Positions 30,912 to 41,134 of a DNA stretch of 64,000 nt are shown piece after piece. Location: the NCBI GenBank assembly GCA_963798485.1, contig CAWCTR010000007.1, positions 256,001 to 320,000 on the forward strand. The letters run 5' to 3'. Each line of letters opens with the position of its first letter. Within the stretch, counting starts at the first letter, position 1. Both the position numbers and the translations under genes were made by a program. The stretch comes from an uncultured delta proteobacterium. Its GTDB lineage: Bacteria; Desulfobacterota; Desulfomonilia; UBA1062. Under the pieces are notes generated by a model, which saw nothing but the letters and a program-made list of their open reading frames with translations, made no database searches and was not told where the DNA came from.

Positions 30912-31193
30912 ATGACCAAGAGTAAGGGGTTCTGGTATATCATGATGGCTGGAGCGGTCTGCGGGTGGATCTTCACGGTCACCGGCCTTGTCAAGCCTTT
31001 CAAAAACGAGACGCTCAAGAAGCTCTGGAAATCGGTTGCCTTCACATGGCTCTTCGGTCATCCCCTTGAGCTTCTCATTTCGCGCGGCGTAGGTGCAGCG
31101 TCCGGTATCTCACCGAAGAGCACCCTCATCAAGACGCTCGTGTACGGCATCACCTGGTGGCTGCCTGTGAAACTCGGTGTGTTCAAGGACTAA
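30912..31193 (+). CDS. Small membrane protein
   Basis: Hydrophobic segments; starts immediately after cyclase stop. Confidence 0.6.
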   Translation: MTKSKGFWYIMMAGAVCGWIFTVTGLVKPFKNETLKKLWKSVAFTWLFGHPLELLISRGVGAASGISPKSTLIKTLVYGITWWLPVKLGVFKD

Positions 31194-31293
31194 AGAATGG
31201 GATGGAACGGCTATGAAGGCACTTTCATTTTTTACTACCCATATCCATTGATTTTCTTTTAGAATCTATTTATCCAAGGTGAGGGGCAAGTCT

Positions 31294-32454
31294 ATGAACA
31301 GCATGCTCTATATTGTCTATGGAATCGGGGCGGATTCAGTGGGGCTGGTGGGGGCCATTACCTCCCCTATCGCCCAGGTCAAGGGCAACATCGTGGATAT
31401 GCGCCAGGATGTGATGCATGGGCTCTTCACCATCTACCTTGTGGTGGACCTGGCCAAGGCAGAAGTCCCGGTCAAGGAATTCAGGGGCATCGTTGAGAAG
31501 ATATCGAGCGACACGGGCATCAAGCTCTCCATCGACAAATACACCCCCATCCCCCGCGGTGTGGACAGGAAGAACATGCTGGTCACGCTGGTGGGGAAAG
31601 ACAAGTCGGGCATCATTGCAGTCATCACCGAAAAGCTCGGCATGTACAACATCAACATCGAGGTCTCGGATGTGGTGGCCCGCGAGAACATCTTCCTCAT
31701 GGACCTCCTGTGCGACGTGAGCAAGGGGGCGCTACCCACGGAAAACTTGAAATCGGCCATCCGTGAGGCCATGCTCTCCATCCGGATCAACACCATGTTC
31801 CAGACCGAAGATGTGTTCAACAAGAAAAAGAAGATTGTCATGTTCGATATCGCGCAGAGTTTCATGGAAGCCGCCTTCATGCGCGAGATCATGAAACACG
31901 CCGGTATAAAGCCTGAAGCCCTCGATAAGACAACCCCCGGGCAGACCGACCTTGCATACATGCATGCAACGGCAAGCCTGCTGGAAGGCCTGCCCCTATC
32001 GGTCATCGATACGGTCATGAACGCAATCGAGATCACCCGTGGCACATTGGAGCTTTTGCAGACGCTCAAGATCATGGGCTACAAGATCGGGCTCATCGCA
32101 AACGGCTTCTCTTTCTTCACCAATGCAATCAAGTCGCGCATCGGCATCGACTATGCCTTTGGCTTCGAGCTCCCCGTGGACGACGATACCCAGGCCATTG
32201 TCGGCGACCTGCCCGTAGGCCTGATGCACCCCCTGGAGCGCCCAAAGATCATTGCGAGCATCATGAGGGCAGAGCGCATCGAGGAGGAGGACATCACCAT
32301 AATCTCGGACACGGACATCGACTATCCCACAACACCGGGCATCCGCCTGACTTTCAACATGAAGGTGCTCCTCGACCTGGTGAACCAGCACGCGCTGAGC
32401 CGCGAATCGCTCACCGGCCTGCTCCGAAGCTTCGGACTCCCCAGGCTCTCATAG
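31294..32454 (+). CDS. ACT-ACT-HAD protein, SerB-like with degenerate catalytic motifs
   Basis: Two ACT domains then HAD-like 'IVMFDIAQSF' and 'LKIMGYKIGLIANGF'. Confidence 0.7.
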   Translation: MNSMLYIVYGIGADSVGLVGAITSPIAQVKGNIVDMRQDVMHGLFTIYLVVDLAKAEVPVKEFRGIVEKISSDTGIKLSIDKYTPIPRGVDRKNMLVTLVGKDKSGIIAVITEKLGMYNINIEVSDVVARENIFLMDLLCDVSKGALPTENLKSAIREAMLSIRINTMFQTEDVFNKKKKIVMFDIAQSFMEAAFMREIMKHAGIKPEALDKTTPGQTDLAYMHATASLLEGLPLSVIDTVMNAIEITRGTLELLQTLKIMGYKIGLIANGFSFFTNAIKSRIGIDYAFGFELPVDDDTQAIVGDLPVGLMHPLERPKIIASIMRAERIEEEDITIISDTDIDYPTTPGIRLTFNMKVLLDLVNQHALSRESLTGLLRSFGLPRLS

Positions 32455-32478
32455 GAAAGGCGTTGGTAAGGGAATGGC

Positions 32479-34098
32479 ATGAAATCCGATATTGAGATAG
32501 CCCAGGGCATAGAGCTCAAACCTATTGCCGAGATCGCCGCATCCCTGGGCCTGAGCGGGGATGACCTTGTCCCCTACGGCAGGTACGTGGCCAAGATCCC
32601 CATCTCCGTCATGGACCGTTATCAGGAAGCACCGGACGGCAAGGTGATCCTGGTGACCGCCATGTCGCCCACCTCCATGGGCGAGGGAAAGACAACCACC
32701 ACTATCGGGTTAGGCCAAGCCCTGAATCAGATCGGCAAAAAGGCCGTCATGGCCATCCGCGAGCCTTCGCTGGGACCGTGCATGGGGCTTAAGGGCGGGG
32801 CCGCGGGCGGCGGATACTCCCAGGTGCTGCCCATGGAGGACATCAACCTCCACTTCACCGGCGACTTCCACGCTATCACCACGGCCCACAACCTATTAGC
32901 CGCCGTGGTGGACAACCACCTCCACCACAGGCACACCCCTGAGGTGAACCCCCGCCACGTGGTCTGGAAGCGGGTCATCGACATGAATGACCGGTCGTTG
33001 CGCAGCATCATCCTAGGGCTTGAGGACAAGGGCATCAACGGCGTCATGCGCGAGGACGGCTTCGAAATCACCGCGGCCTCCGAGGTCATGGCCATCCTGT
33101 GCCTGTCACAGAATCTCAAAGAGCTCAAGGCGCGCCTCAATAAGGTCATCGTGGGGTATGACTATCTGCGCAAGCCTGTCTTTGCCAAAGACATCGGCTG
33201 CAGCGGCGCCATGACGGCGCTACTGAAACACGCCATCAACCCCAATCTGGTGCAGACCGTGGAAGGCTGCCCGGTGCTGGTGCACGGCGGGCCCTTCGCC
33301 AACATAGCGCACGGCTGCAACACCATTGCGGCAACCAGGATGGCGCGCAAGCTCGCCGACTATGTGGTCACCGAGGCAGGCTTCGGGGCCGATCTGGGGG
33401 CCGAGAAGTTCTTCCACATCAAGTGCCGCACCGCCAGGATCACGCCGGCGGCTGCCGTGCTCGTGGTCACTCACAGGGCCTTTGTCCTGCATGGGATAGA
33501 TAATATAAAGAAGCACTTGGACACGCTCTCCCGATTCGGGGTGCCTGCGGTCATCTCCATCAACCGGTTCTTGAGCGATCCCGAGGACGACCTCGCTACG
33601 CTCAAGAGGCAATGTGAGGCCCTGGGTGCCATCGCCGTAATCACCGACTTCCGCGAGGCAGGCGGGGCGGGGGGCCTGGAGCTGGCCGAACAGGTGGTCC
33701 AGGTGTGCGAGAGGCCGGGTGACTTCCGCATGCTCTACGACCTAGAGCTGCCCATTACCGACAAGGTGCGCACCGTTGCCTCCGCTGTCTACGGCGCCTC
33801 CAGCGTGGAGTTCACTACCCAGGCGGCAACAGAGATTAAAAACATCGAAAACATGGGCTATGGCACCCTGCCGGTGTGCATCGCCAAGACCCAGTCTTCG
33901 CTCACCGACAACCCCAAGGTCCCGGGCTTTCCCAAACAGCCCTTCTCTATCACCGTATCATCCGCCCGCGTGTCGGCCGGTGCCGGATTCGTGGTGATCT
34001 ACACGGGCAAGATCCTGGCCATGCCGGGCCTTCCCAAGACCCCGGCGGCCCTAGCCATTGACGTGGACGAGGACGGTACTATCAGCGGGCTGTTCTAG
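32479..34098 (+). CDS. fhs: Formate--tetrahydrofolate ligase
   Basis: 'GEGKTTT', 'KGGAAGGGYSQV', 'HGGPFANIAHG', 'MPGLPK'. Confidence 0.96.
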   Translation: MKSDIEIAQGIELKPIAEIAASLGLSGDDLVPYGRYVAKIPISVMDRYQEAPDGKVILVTAMSPTSMGEGKTTTTIGLGQALNQIGKKAVMAIREPSLGPCMGLKGGAAGGGYSQVLPMEDINLHFTGDFHAITTAHNLLAAVVDNHLHHRHTPEVNPRHVVWKRVIDMNDRSLRSIILGLEDKGINGVMREDGFEITAASEVMAILCLSQNLKELKARLNKVIVGYDYLRKPVFAKDIGCSGAMTALLKHAINPNLVQTVEGCPVLVHGGPFANIAHGCNTIAATRMARKLADYVVTEAGFGADLGAEKFFHIKCRTARITPAAAVLVVTHRAFVLHGIDNIKKHLDTLSRFGVPAVISINRFLSDPEDDLATLKRQCEALGAIAVITDFREAGGAGGLELAEQVVQVCERPGDFRMLYDLELPITDKVRTVASAVYGASSVEFTTQAATEIKNIENMGYGTLPVCIAKTQSSLTDNPKVPGFPKQPFSITVSSARVSAGAGFVVIYTGKILAMPGLPKTPAALAIDVDEDGTISGLF

Positions 34099-34150
34099 CA
34101 GGAAACGGGCTCATAGCCCGGTTTGAAAAAGATGATATTATCTCATCGCC

Positions 34151-34279
34151 CTCAAGAAAGGCGATAAGGTCACTTTAATAGGATTTGGAACCTTCGATGT
34201 AGCCAAAAGAGCAGCCAGAGAAGGTGTAAATCCTCAGGCCAGAAAGAAGATAATGAAAAACATACCTTATTCTACCTAA
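34151..34279 (+). pseudogene. HU/IHF histone-like protein gene remnant
   Basis: Translates '[29 protein letters not shown]' but lacks in-frame start, N-terminal helices and normal C-terminus. Confidence 0.75.
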
Positions 34280-34382
34280 AACAGGGAATATATTTATACA
34301 ATAATAGCAAATTATTTCATATATTGTCAAGATGATGTATAATTAATTCCTCTAACTGTTTGAAATCATTATATAGGATTAA

Positions 34383-34398
34383 TGGCATTGAGATTGCT
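34383..34398 (+). promoter_or_regulatory. sigma54 promoter
   Basis: TGGCATTGAGATTGCT, GG-N10-GC, about 125 nt upstream of the lipoprotein gene. Confidence 0.6.
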
Positions 34399-34521
34399 TG
34401 ATGATCTTTGGTTAATTCTATCAAGTGATCAACATCTGATCTACTAGGTAGACCTTGAGCAACAGTGATTCAAAGCATCTGAGGTGCTTGAATCCATAAC
34501 ATATTGCGAGGAGAATTATTT

Positions 34522-37398
34522 ATGGATATATTCGTTATCCGGGGCATCATCTTTCGGTCAATCACGATTCTTTCCATACTCATTCTCCTGTCGGGTTGCC
34601 ATCACAGCAGTGGCGGAAGCAGTTCTGCGGTCAACAGTGAGAATGCCGACCTCACCAATCTGGTATTGTCATCAGGGACACTGTCTCCCCAGTTTGATGT
34701 CGACACGACATCATACACCGCTCAGGTTGCTAACAATGTCTCGTCAATAACGGCAATGATGACAACTGCCGATTCAAACTTCCCTATTACCGTGAATGGA
34801 CAAGCAGTGAGTTCTGGTAAGGCCTCTCAATCCATTAATCTCTCGGTAGGTGCTAATACCATCACCATTGTGGTGACGGCACAGGATGGGACAACAACGA
34901 AGACCTATACTGTAGTGATAAAACGACTTGCGAGTAACAACGCCAATCTAGCCGCACTCAGCCTGTCTACAGGAAGCGCATTATCGCCGGTCTTTACCCC
35001 CGCCACGACAGGATACACCGCTCAGGTTGCTAACACTGTCTCGTCAATAACAATAACGCCGACAGCTGCCGATTCAACCTCCACTATTGCCGTGAATGGT
35101 GTAACAGTGAGTTCTGGCGCGGCCTCTCAATCCATTAATCTCTCGGAAGGTGCTAATAGCATCACCATTGTGGTGACGGCACAGGATAAGACAACAACGA
35201 TGACCTATGCTGCAGTAATATCAAGGCTTTCTGCGGCTAACAGCGCCAATCTAACCGGACTCAGCCTGTCTACAGGAAGCGCATTATCGCCGGTCTTTAC
35301 CCCCGCCACGACAGGATACACTGCTCAGGTTGCTTACATTATCTCGTCAATAAAAATAACGCCGACAGCTGCCGATTCAAACTCCACTCTTACCGTGAAT
35401 GGACAAGCAGTGAGTTCTGGTGCGGCCTCTCAATCCATTAATCTCTCGGTGGGTGCTAATACCATCACCATTGTGGTGACGGCACCGGATAAGATAACAA
35501 CGATGACCTATGCTGTAGTGATATCACGGCTTGCTGCGAGTAACAACGCCAATCTAGCCGCACTTAGCCTGTCTACAGGAGGCGCATTATCGCCGGTCTT
35601 TACCCCCAACACGACATCATACACCGCTCAGGTTGTTTACACTATCTCGTCAATAAAAATAACGCCGACAGCTGCCGATTTAAACTCCACTATTACCGTA
35701 AATGGACAAGCAGTGAGTTCTAGTTCGGTCTCTCAATCCATTAATCTCTTGGTAGGTGCTAATCCCATCACCATTGTGGTGAAGGCACAGGATAAGACAA
35801 CAACGAAGACTTATACTGTAGTGATATCACGGATTGCTGCGAGTAATAACGCCAATCTAGCCGGACTCAGCCTGTCTACAGGATGCACCTTGTCCCCGGT
35901 CTTTACCACCAATACGACATCATACACCGGTTATGTTCCTAGCAATATCACATCAATAACAATAACGCCGACAGCTGCCGTTTCAACCTCCGCTATTACC
36001 GTGAATGGACAAGCAGTGAGCTCTGCTGCGGCCTCTCAATCCATTAATCTCTTGGTAGGTGCTAATACCATCACCATTGTGGTTACGGCACAGGATGGGA
36101 CAACAACGAAGACCTATACCGTTAGCACAGTAAGAATTCGTCCTTTCTTGTGGAAATCCGGGGATAAAATAATCAACCAGAGCGGTGTCTATAGCGATCC
36201 TGTACCTGCGAATAATAAACCAGGGGCGCGGGAGGGCAGCGTAAGTTGGAGAGACATCAACGGGACGACTCTCTGGCTCTTCGGCGGATATGGATATGAC
36301 AGCGCAGGGAATTTGGGTGACCTCAACGACCTATGGAAATTTAGTGGTGGCAACTGGACCTGGGTATCAGGGAGTAGTGCAGTTAATCAGAGCGGGATCT
36401 ATGATCCTACTAAAGGAACTGTGCGACCGGGTGGTCGTGATGGCAGCGTAAGCTGGATAGACAGCAGCGGGACTCTCTGGCTCTTCGGCGGGTATGGATA
36501 TGACAGCGTGGTGAACGAGAATGGTTACCTCAATGACCTGTGGAAATTCGACAGTACCAACTTGACCTGGACCTGGGTATCCGGGAGTAATACAGTTAAC
36601 GTGAGCGGGGTCTATGGTGCTACTAAAGGGGTTGCTGGTGGAGGTCCGGGTAGTCGTGCTTACAGCGTAAGCTGGATAGACATCAGCGGGACCCTCTGGC
36701 TCTTCGGTGGGTGGGGATATGATGGCATAGGGGAATTGGGTGACCTCAACGACCTGTGGAAATTCGACAGTACCAACTTGACCTGGACCTGGGTATCCGG
36801 GAGTAATGCAGTCAACGTGAGCGGGGGCTATGGTGCTACTAAAGGAACTATTGGAGTACCGGGTGGTCGTGATAGCAGCATAAGCTGGATAGGCAGCAAC
36901 GGGACGACTCTCTGGCTCTTCGGTGGGAGGGTATATAGCAGCGCAGGGATTATTCTGGGTATGCTCAACGACCTGTGGAAATTCGACGGCACCAACTGGA
37001 CCTGGGTATCCGGGGATAACATAATCAACCAAATAGGTGTCTACTATAGCAGTTCTGCATCTGCGAATAAACCAGGGGCGCGGTGGGGCAGCGTAAGCTG
37101 GAGAGATAGCGTTGGGAATCTCTGGCTCTTCGGTGGTTCAGGATATGACAGCGCAGGGAATGAGGGTTACCTCAACGACCTGTGGAAATTTGACAGTACC
37201 AATTGGACCTGGGTATATGGGAGTAATACAGTTAACCAGAGCGGGGTCTATGGCGGTGCTACATCTCTGAATATACCGGGTGGTCGTGATAGCAGTGTAA
37301 GCTGGATAGACAGCAGCGGGACTCTTTGGTTCTTCGGCGGGTATGGATATGACAGCGCAGGGAATTTGGGTTACCTCAACGACCTGTGGCAATACTAA
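34522..37398 (+). CDS. Surface lipoprotein: five cadherin-like beta-sandwich repeats plus kelch-type beta-propeller
   Basis: Lipobox 'LSGC'; 5x 'NANL..LSLS...LSPVF...TITIVVTAQD.TT.TY'; 6x 'SVSW.D..G.LWLFGG.GY...LNDLW'. Confidence 0.85.
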   Translation: MDIFVIRGIIFRSITILSILILLSGCHHSSGGSSSAVNSENADLTNLVLSSGTLSPQFDVDTTSYTAQVANNVSSITAMMTTADSNFPITVNGQAVSSGKASQSINLSVGANTITIVVTAQDGTTTKTYTVVIKRLASNNANLAALSLSTGSALSPVFTPATTGYTAQVANTVSSITITPTAADSTSTIAVNGVTVSSGAASQSINLSEGANSITIVVTAQDKTTTMTYAAVISRLSAANSANLTGLSLSTGSALSPVFTPATTGYTAQVAYIISSIKITPTAADSNSTLTVNGQAVSSGAASQSINLSVGANTITIVVTAPDKITTMTYAVVISRLAASNNANLAALSLSTGGALSPVFTPNTTSYTAQVVYTISSIKITPTAADLNSTITVNGQAVSSSSVSQSINLLVGANPITIVVKAQDKTTTKTYTVVISRIAASNNANLAGLSLSTGCTLSPVFTTNTTSYTGYVPSNITSITITPTAAVSTSAITVNGQAVSSAAASQSINLLVGANTITIVVTAQDGTTTKTYTVSTVRIRPFLWKSGDKIINQSGVYSDPVPANNKPGAREGSVSWRDINGTTLWLFGGYGYDSAGNLGDLNDLWKFSGGNWTWVSGSSAVNQSGIYDPTKGTVRPGGRDGSVSWIDSSGTLWLFGGYGYDSVVNENGYLNDLWKFDSTNLTWTWVSGSNTVNVSGVYGATKGVAGGGPGSRAYSVSWIDISGTLWLFGGWGYDGIGELGDLNDLWKFDSTNLTWTWVSGSNAVNVSGGYGATKGTIGVPGGRDSSISWIGSNGTTLWLFGGRVYSSAGIILGMLNDLWKFDGTNWTWVSGDNIINQIGVYYSSSASANKPGARWGSVSWRDSVGNLWLFGGSGYDSAGNEGYLNDLWKFDSTNWTWVYGSNTVNQSGVYGGATSLNIPGGRDSSVSWIDSSGTLWFFGGYGYDSAGNLGYLNDLWQY
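34640..36125 (+). repeat. Five intragenic ~300-nt tandem repeats
   Basis: Near-identical DNA units (e.g. tctcaatccattaatctc recurs about every 300 nt). Confidence 0.85.
36170..37395 (+). repeat. Six intragenic kelch-coding repeats (~200 nt)
   Basis: Recurring ctctggctcttcgg ... ctcaacgacctgtgg units. Confidence 0.8.
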
Positions 37399-37882
37399 TA
37401 GGCAAGTGAAACCTATCGAGTGACCGTTAGGACCACGGGTTAAGATTTTATGTTTTACCAAATAAGAACAAGGAGAGACTATCAAAACACGATGTATGAG
37501 TGAAAGTTCAAGGAGGCTCTTGTCTTGCAGAACTTGAAAAATAGTGATCTGCAGGAGATATCTTCACAATAAACTGTTTATCTCAAATTCCATAGATTGG
37601 TACGTAAACTATCAAAAACAACCTCTTCCCAGAGTAATGATCTTGTGCCAAACTGTGGAGTTTGAAATAAGATGCCCTTTGAGCCCCTTGCAAAACTCAC
37701 AGTTTGCGATAATATTGCAAAAATCAAGATAACTAGTTGATATAATGAAGAGAATGCTCTATTCTCTTTTTGTAGCGAGCAAGAAGAGAGGAGTAAAGAT
37801 GAGCAATCTCTTCGACATCTGGCATAGCACACAGACGAGACTTTTTCCATGGTGAGAAGAGATGCTTTAATGATTTACACGA

Positions 37883-38596
37883 GTGCCATCTATGATTGAA
37901 TTGAACGCCGTAACCAAACGATACGGTTCCCTTGCAGCCGTCGACAATGTCTCCTTCTCTGTCAAGACAGGCGAGTATTTCGCTCTGCTTGGACCCAATG
38001 GTGCAGGGAAGACGACGGTCGTCAAGATGCTGCTCGACTTTACACGGCCAACATCGGGAAATTTATCGATAAAAGGCCTTTCAAGTACCCATGCCACCTG
38101 CCGAACCGCAGTCGGCTATCTGGCTGAAAACCACCATATCCCCCCATACCTTTCCGGATGGGAGTACCTGCAACGCTGCTCGGAGCTATTGGATATAAGC
38201 CGGTCCGAGGCCATGGATCAATGCAGGCGCATTGTCGAGTTGATAGGCATGCAAGGCAGGGAATACACCGAGGTAAACACCTATTCCAAGGGCATGATTC
38301 AACGGTTCGGGCTTGGCGCTGCACTCTTAGGAAATCCGAAGCTGTTAATTCTCGATGAGCCCACCTCCGGCCTTGATCCCATCGGTATCAGAGAGATACG
38401 CCTGCTTTTAGAGTCGTTGAAACAACAAGGGATGACTATCTTCCTGAATTCACACCTGCTGTCGGAAGTTGAAAAAATATGTGATACCGCTGCGATCATT
38501 AATCGCGGCAGGCTTCTGGTGAAAGACTCGATTTCCGTTATCGTCAAGGACGGTGATACACTGGAAGATGTGTTTGTAAGGCTTGTAAAAGGTTGA
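37883..38596 (+). CDS. ABC transporter ATP-binding protein
   Basis: 'GPNGAGKTT', 'YSKGM', 'LDEPTSGLDP'. Confidence 0.92.
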   Translation: MPSMIELNAVTKRYGSLAAVDNVSFSVKTGEYFALLGPNGAGKTTVVKMLLDFTRPTSGNLSIKGLSSTHATCRTAVGYLAENHHIPPYLSGWEYLQRCSELLDISRSEAMDQCRRIVELIGMQGREYTEVNTYSKGMIQRFGLGAALLGNPKLLILDEPTSGLDPIGIREIRLLLESLKQQGMTIFLNSHLLSEVEKICDTAAIINRGRLLVKDSISVIVKDGDTLEDVFVRLVKG

Positions 38597-38597
38597 C

Positions 38598-39446
38598 ATG
38601 AAAATGCCGAAAGCCCTTGCCCCCATCATCAAGATTGCCAAATATACGCTTACCGATGAAGTACGGCAGAAAAGTTTCATCGTCATGTTCGTTATCTGCT
38701 CCATATTCGTGTTTCTTGTTCGCGGCTGTTATCATGGAAATTACATGGTTAATGGGCAGGTGCTCGATACCAGAACCGCTGCCTTGACAGTATCGAAAGT
38801 AACCTTCCATGTCATCGCCGCAGGAATGATGCTGATAACGGCTTTACTTTCGATGCGGATATTCAAGCGCGATCGGGATGAGGGGATGCAATCGTGCATT
38901 CTGTCAAAACCGATAACTCGGCGGCAGTACGTTATGGGTAAGATCCTAGGGTTGTGGTCATTATCGGTGCTCTTCATGTTTATCCTGCATAGCATTGTGT
39001 TCTTAATTACCTCCATAAATTTAAATGTTGTTATGCCCGAATACCTCGCTGCCTCACTCCTTTGCTCTTTCAACCTGCTCTTTGTGGTTGTTACCGTGCT
39101 TCTTTTAACGCTTCTTATGCCAGACATCGTCGCTTTTCTTTGTGTTATGGGTATCGCAGTCATCGGCTCTGTGGCCGACGGGATATACGCCATAAACCAA
39201 AGCCGGATGGCGCAGATGATGCTGCTGCAACAAGGCCCCCACCCGCATTCGGGCTTAACATTGTGGAAAGTTGTCTATTATTTGTGGCCGAAACTCTCAG
39301 ATACACAACATCTGGCTTCTTCATTGATCGGCAGCGAAGGATTTCAAGGAATTGGATCAGTATATCCACTCATCAATGTCCTTCTTTATTGCCTTATTCT
39401 TGGTGCATTGTTGTTTCGGTGTTTCAAGAACGAGGAGATAATTTGA
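38598..39446 (+). CDS. ABC-2 type transporter permease
   Basis: Multiple TM segments, 'ILSKPITRRQYVMGKILG'. Confidence 0.85.
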   Translation: MKMPKALAPIIKIAKYTLTDEVRQKSFIVMFVICSIFVFLVRGCYHGNYMVNGQVLDTRTAALTVSKVTFHVIAAGMMLITALLSMRIFKRDRDEGMQSCILSKPITRRQYVMGKILGLWSLSVLFMFILHSIVFLITSINLNVVMPEYLAASLLCSFNLLFVVVTVLLLTLLMPDIVAFLCVMGIAVIGSVADGIYAINQSRMAQMMLLQQGPHPHSGLTLWKVVYYLWPKLSDTQHLASSLIGSEGFQGIGSVYPLINVLLYCLILGALLFRCFKNEEII

Positions 39447-39512
39447 TAGAGATGAGTGGCCAGTCGTAACCTCACCATGATTAATTCTTTAGAACCCGTC
39501 CATGATAAATAC

Positions 39513-39938
39513 TCATGGATCCTCATGCACCACGGTATGCCGCATCCCTTTCTTTGCAGCCATCTTGCGCTTCGATTCCAGGCGCTGGATCCGCGATGAT
39601 GCGCTTGGCCGTGTTCTGATCCTGTGCCTGGGTTTTTGGGCGGCCTCTGCAATGATCTCCTGCAGGCGTTCAAGTGCATCGGCTCGGTTGCGTTCCTGGG
39701 ACCTGAAGCGCTGGGCCTTGATGATGAGCACGCCCTCCGTGGTCATGCGTTTGCCGGCAATCCGGATCAGGCGCTCCTTGATTTCCAGGGGCAGGGAGGC
39801 ACAGCCTGAAACATCGAACCTGAGCTGGACTGCGGTTGCGACCTTGTTGACATTTTGACCGCCGGGCCCGCTTGAACGCACAAAGTCCCAGCGAAGGTCG
39901 TCTTCTTCAATGGTAATGTAACGGTTAATCCGTATCAT
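39513..39938 (-). CDS. arfB: Alternative ribosome rescue peptidyl-tRNA hydrolase ArfB
   Basis: 'RSSGPGGQNVNKV', 'RSQERNR', basic tail. Confidence 0.92.
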   Translation of the reverse strand: MIRINRYITIEEDDLRWDFVRSSGPGGQNVNKVATAVQLRFDVSGCASLPLEIKERLIRIAGKRMTTEGVLIIKAQRFRSQERNRADALERLQEIIAEAAQKPRHRIRTRPSASSRIQRLESKRKMAAKKGMRHTVVHEDP

Positions 39939-40007
39939 AAGTATGAAATGCCGGGGCACTAAGAAGGTCCCCGGCATGATGCCCCGGGGCACCCCCCCGG
40001 GAAATTC

Positions 40008-40766
40008 TTACATCATGGCCATCACGAACTCGATGGCCCCTCTCACGTCCTTGTCAAAGAAACACTTGAAGCCGTCTTTCCAATTCTCTTCAACAACCCG
40101 CTTCCTGATCCTGTCCGCTGTGGGTTTCTTCAGACCTTCCTTCAGTCTGATGAATGCCCTGCCCGGATGATCGATCCATGTTTTCACGATCTCCTTTGCC
40201 CTGGGGATGAGGTCGGCCTCTTCAACGATCTCGTCCACAATGCCATATTCCTTTGCTCCGTTGATGTCGAGCATCTTTCCGAAGTACATGAGGTCGCGGA
40301 ATTTTTTGTCGCTGTCATAACCGAACCGCATGACCTCGGACTGGGCAATGGTAAGCGACAATCCCAGCCTGATCTCTGACATGCCGATGGTGATCTTTGG
40401 GTGGTTTTTTACAATACGGTAGTCGCTTGCCATGGCAAAGATCAGTCCGCCTGCAATGGCATGCCCGTTCAAGGCGGAGACAACCGGTTTATGACACTCA
40501 AAAAGCTCTACAAGGATCTCTTCCTCTTCATCAAAAAAATCAATGACCTGTTTAATATCCTTGAACCCCATGAACGTGGGGAGGTCGAACCCGCTGCAGA
40601 AGGACCTGCCGGCGCCCGTGAGGATGATGCCCTTGATGGCATCTTCTTCATTGGCCCTTTTTACCATGCCCCTCAATGTCCTCAGCATATCCATGGTAAG
40701 GGAATTCGTCTTTCCGTATTCGAACGTCGCGATGATAATCCCGTCTTCGATCCTCTCGTTCAGCAT
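40008..40766 (-). CDS. Enoyl-CoA hydratase/isomerase family protein
   Basis: 'FCSGFDL', 'KPVVSALNGHAIAGG', 'SDYRI', 'SEIRLG'. Confidence 0.88.
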   Translation of the reverse strand: MLNERIEDGIIIATFEYGKTNSLTMDMLRTLRGMVKRANEEDAIKGIILTGAGRSFCSGFDLPTFMGFKDIKQVIDFFDEEEEILVELFECHKPVVSALNGHAIAGGLIFAMASDYRIVKNHPKITIGMSEIRLGLSLTIAQSEVMRFGYDSDKKFRDLMYFGKMLDINGAKEYGIVDEIVEEADLIPRAKEIVKTWIDHPGRAFIRLKEGLKKPTADRIRKRVVEENWKDGFKCFFDKDVRGAIEFVMAMM

Positions 40767-40937
40767 TGTCTCCTCCTGCTTGGTATGAAATATAGGGCAA
40801 CCCGGTTACAGGGCTACCCTTGTGATATAGCGTATTTTGGAACGGATGTCATGATACAATCAAGGGGATTACATAGGCATAGAGGAATTGAACGGATCAG
40901 TTTTTTCGTGCCTAACTCCGTGTTTCTTAAATAGTCA

Positions 40938-41095
40938 GTAGGTTAGGTTAAGGAACCAAACCCAACACATCCGAGTCAGCATGCAAAAAGTGGCTGAATC
41001 AAGGCGCATACGGGTCAATCAGGGTGTTTTATTTTTACATGATACCATGATGAAACTTGGTATTGTTGGGTGTCGCTTCGCTCAACCCAACCTAC
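40938..41095. repeat. Inverted pair of GTAG-type REP sequences (REPIN-like)
   Basis: gtaggttaggtt...cccaaca (40938-40967) and tgttggg...aacccaacctac (41064-41095). Confidence 0.65.
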
Positions 41096-41134
41096 AATGC
41101 TTGTATGAACCTTGGCTCCATATCATGCTGTCCG

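Noticed and set aside
34640-37395. CRISPR array or DGR repeats
   Set aside because: Repeats are long, in frame and protein-coding, with no spacers or adenine-specific variation
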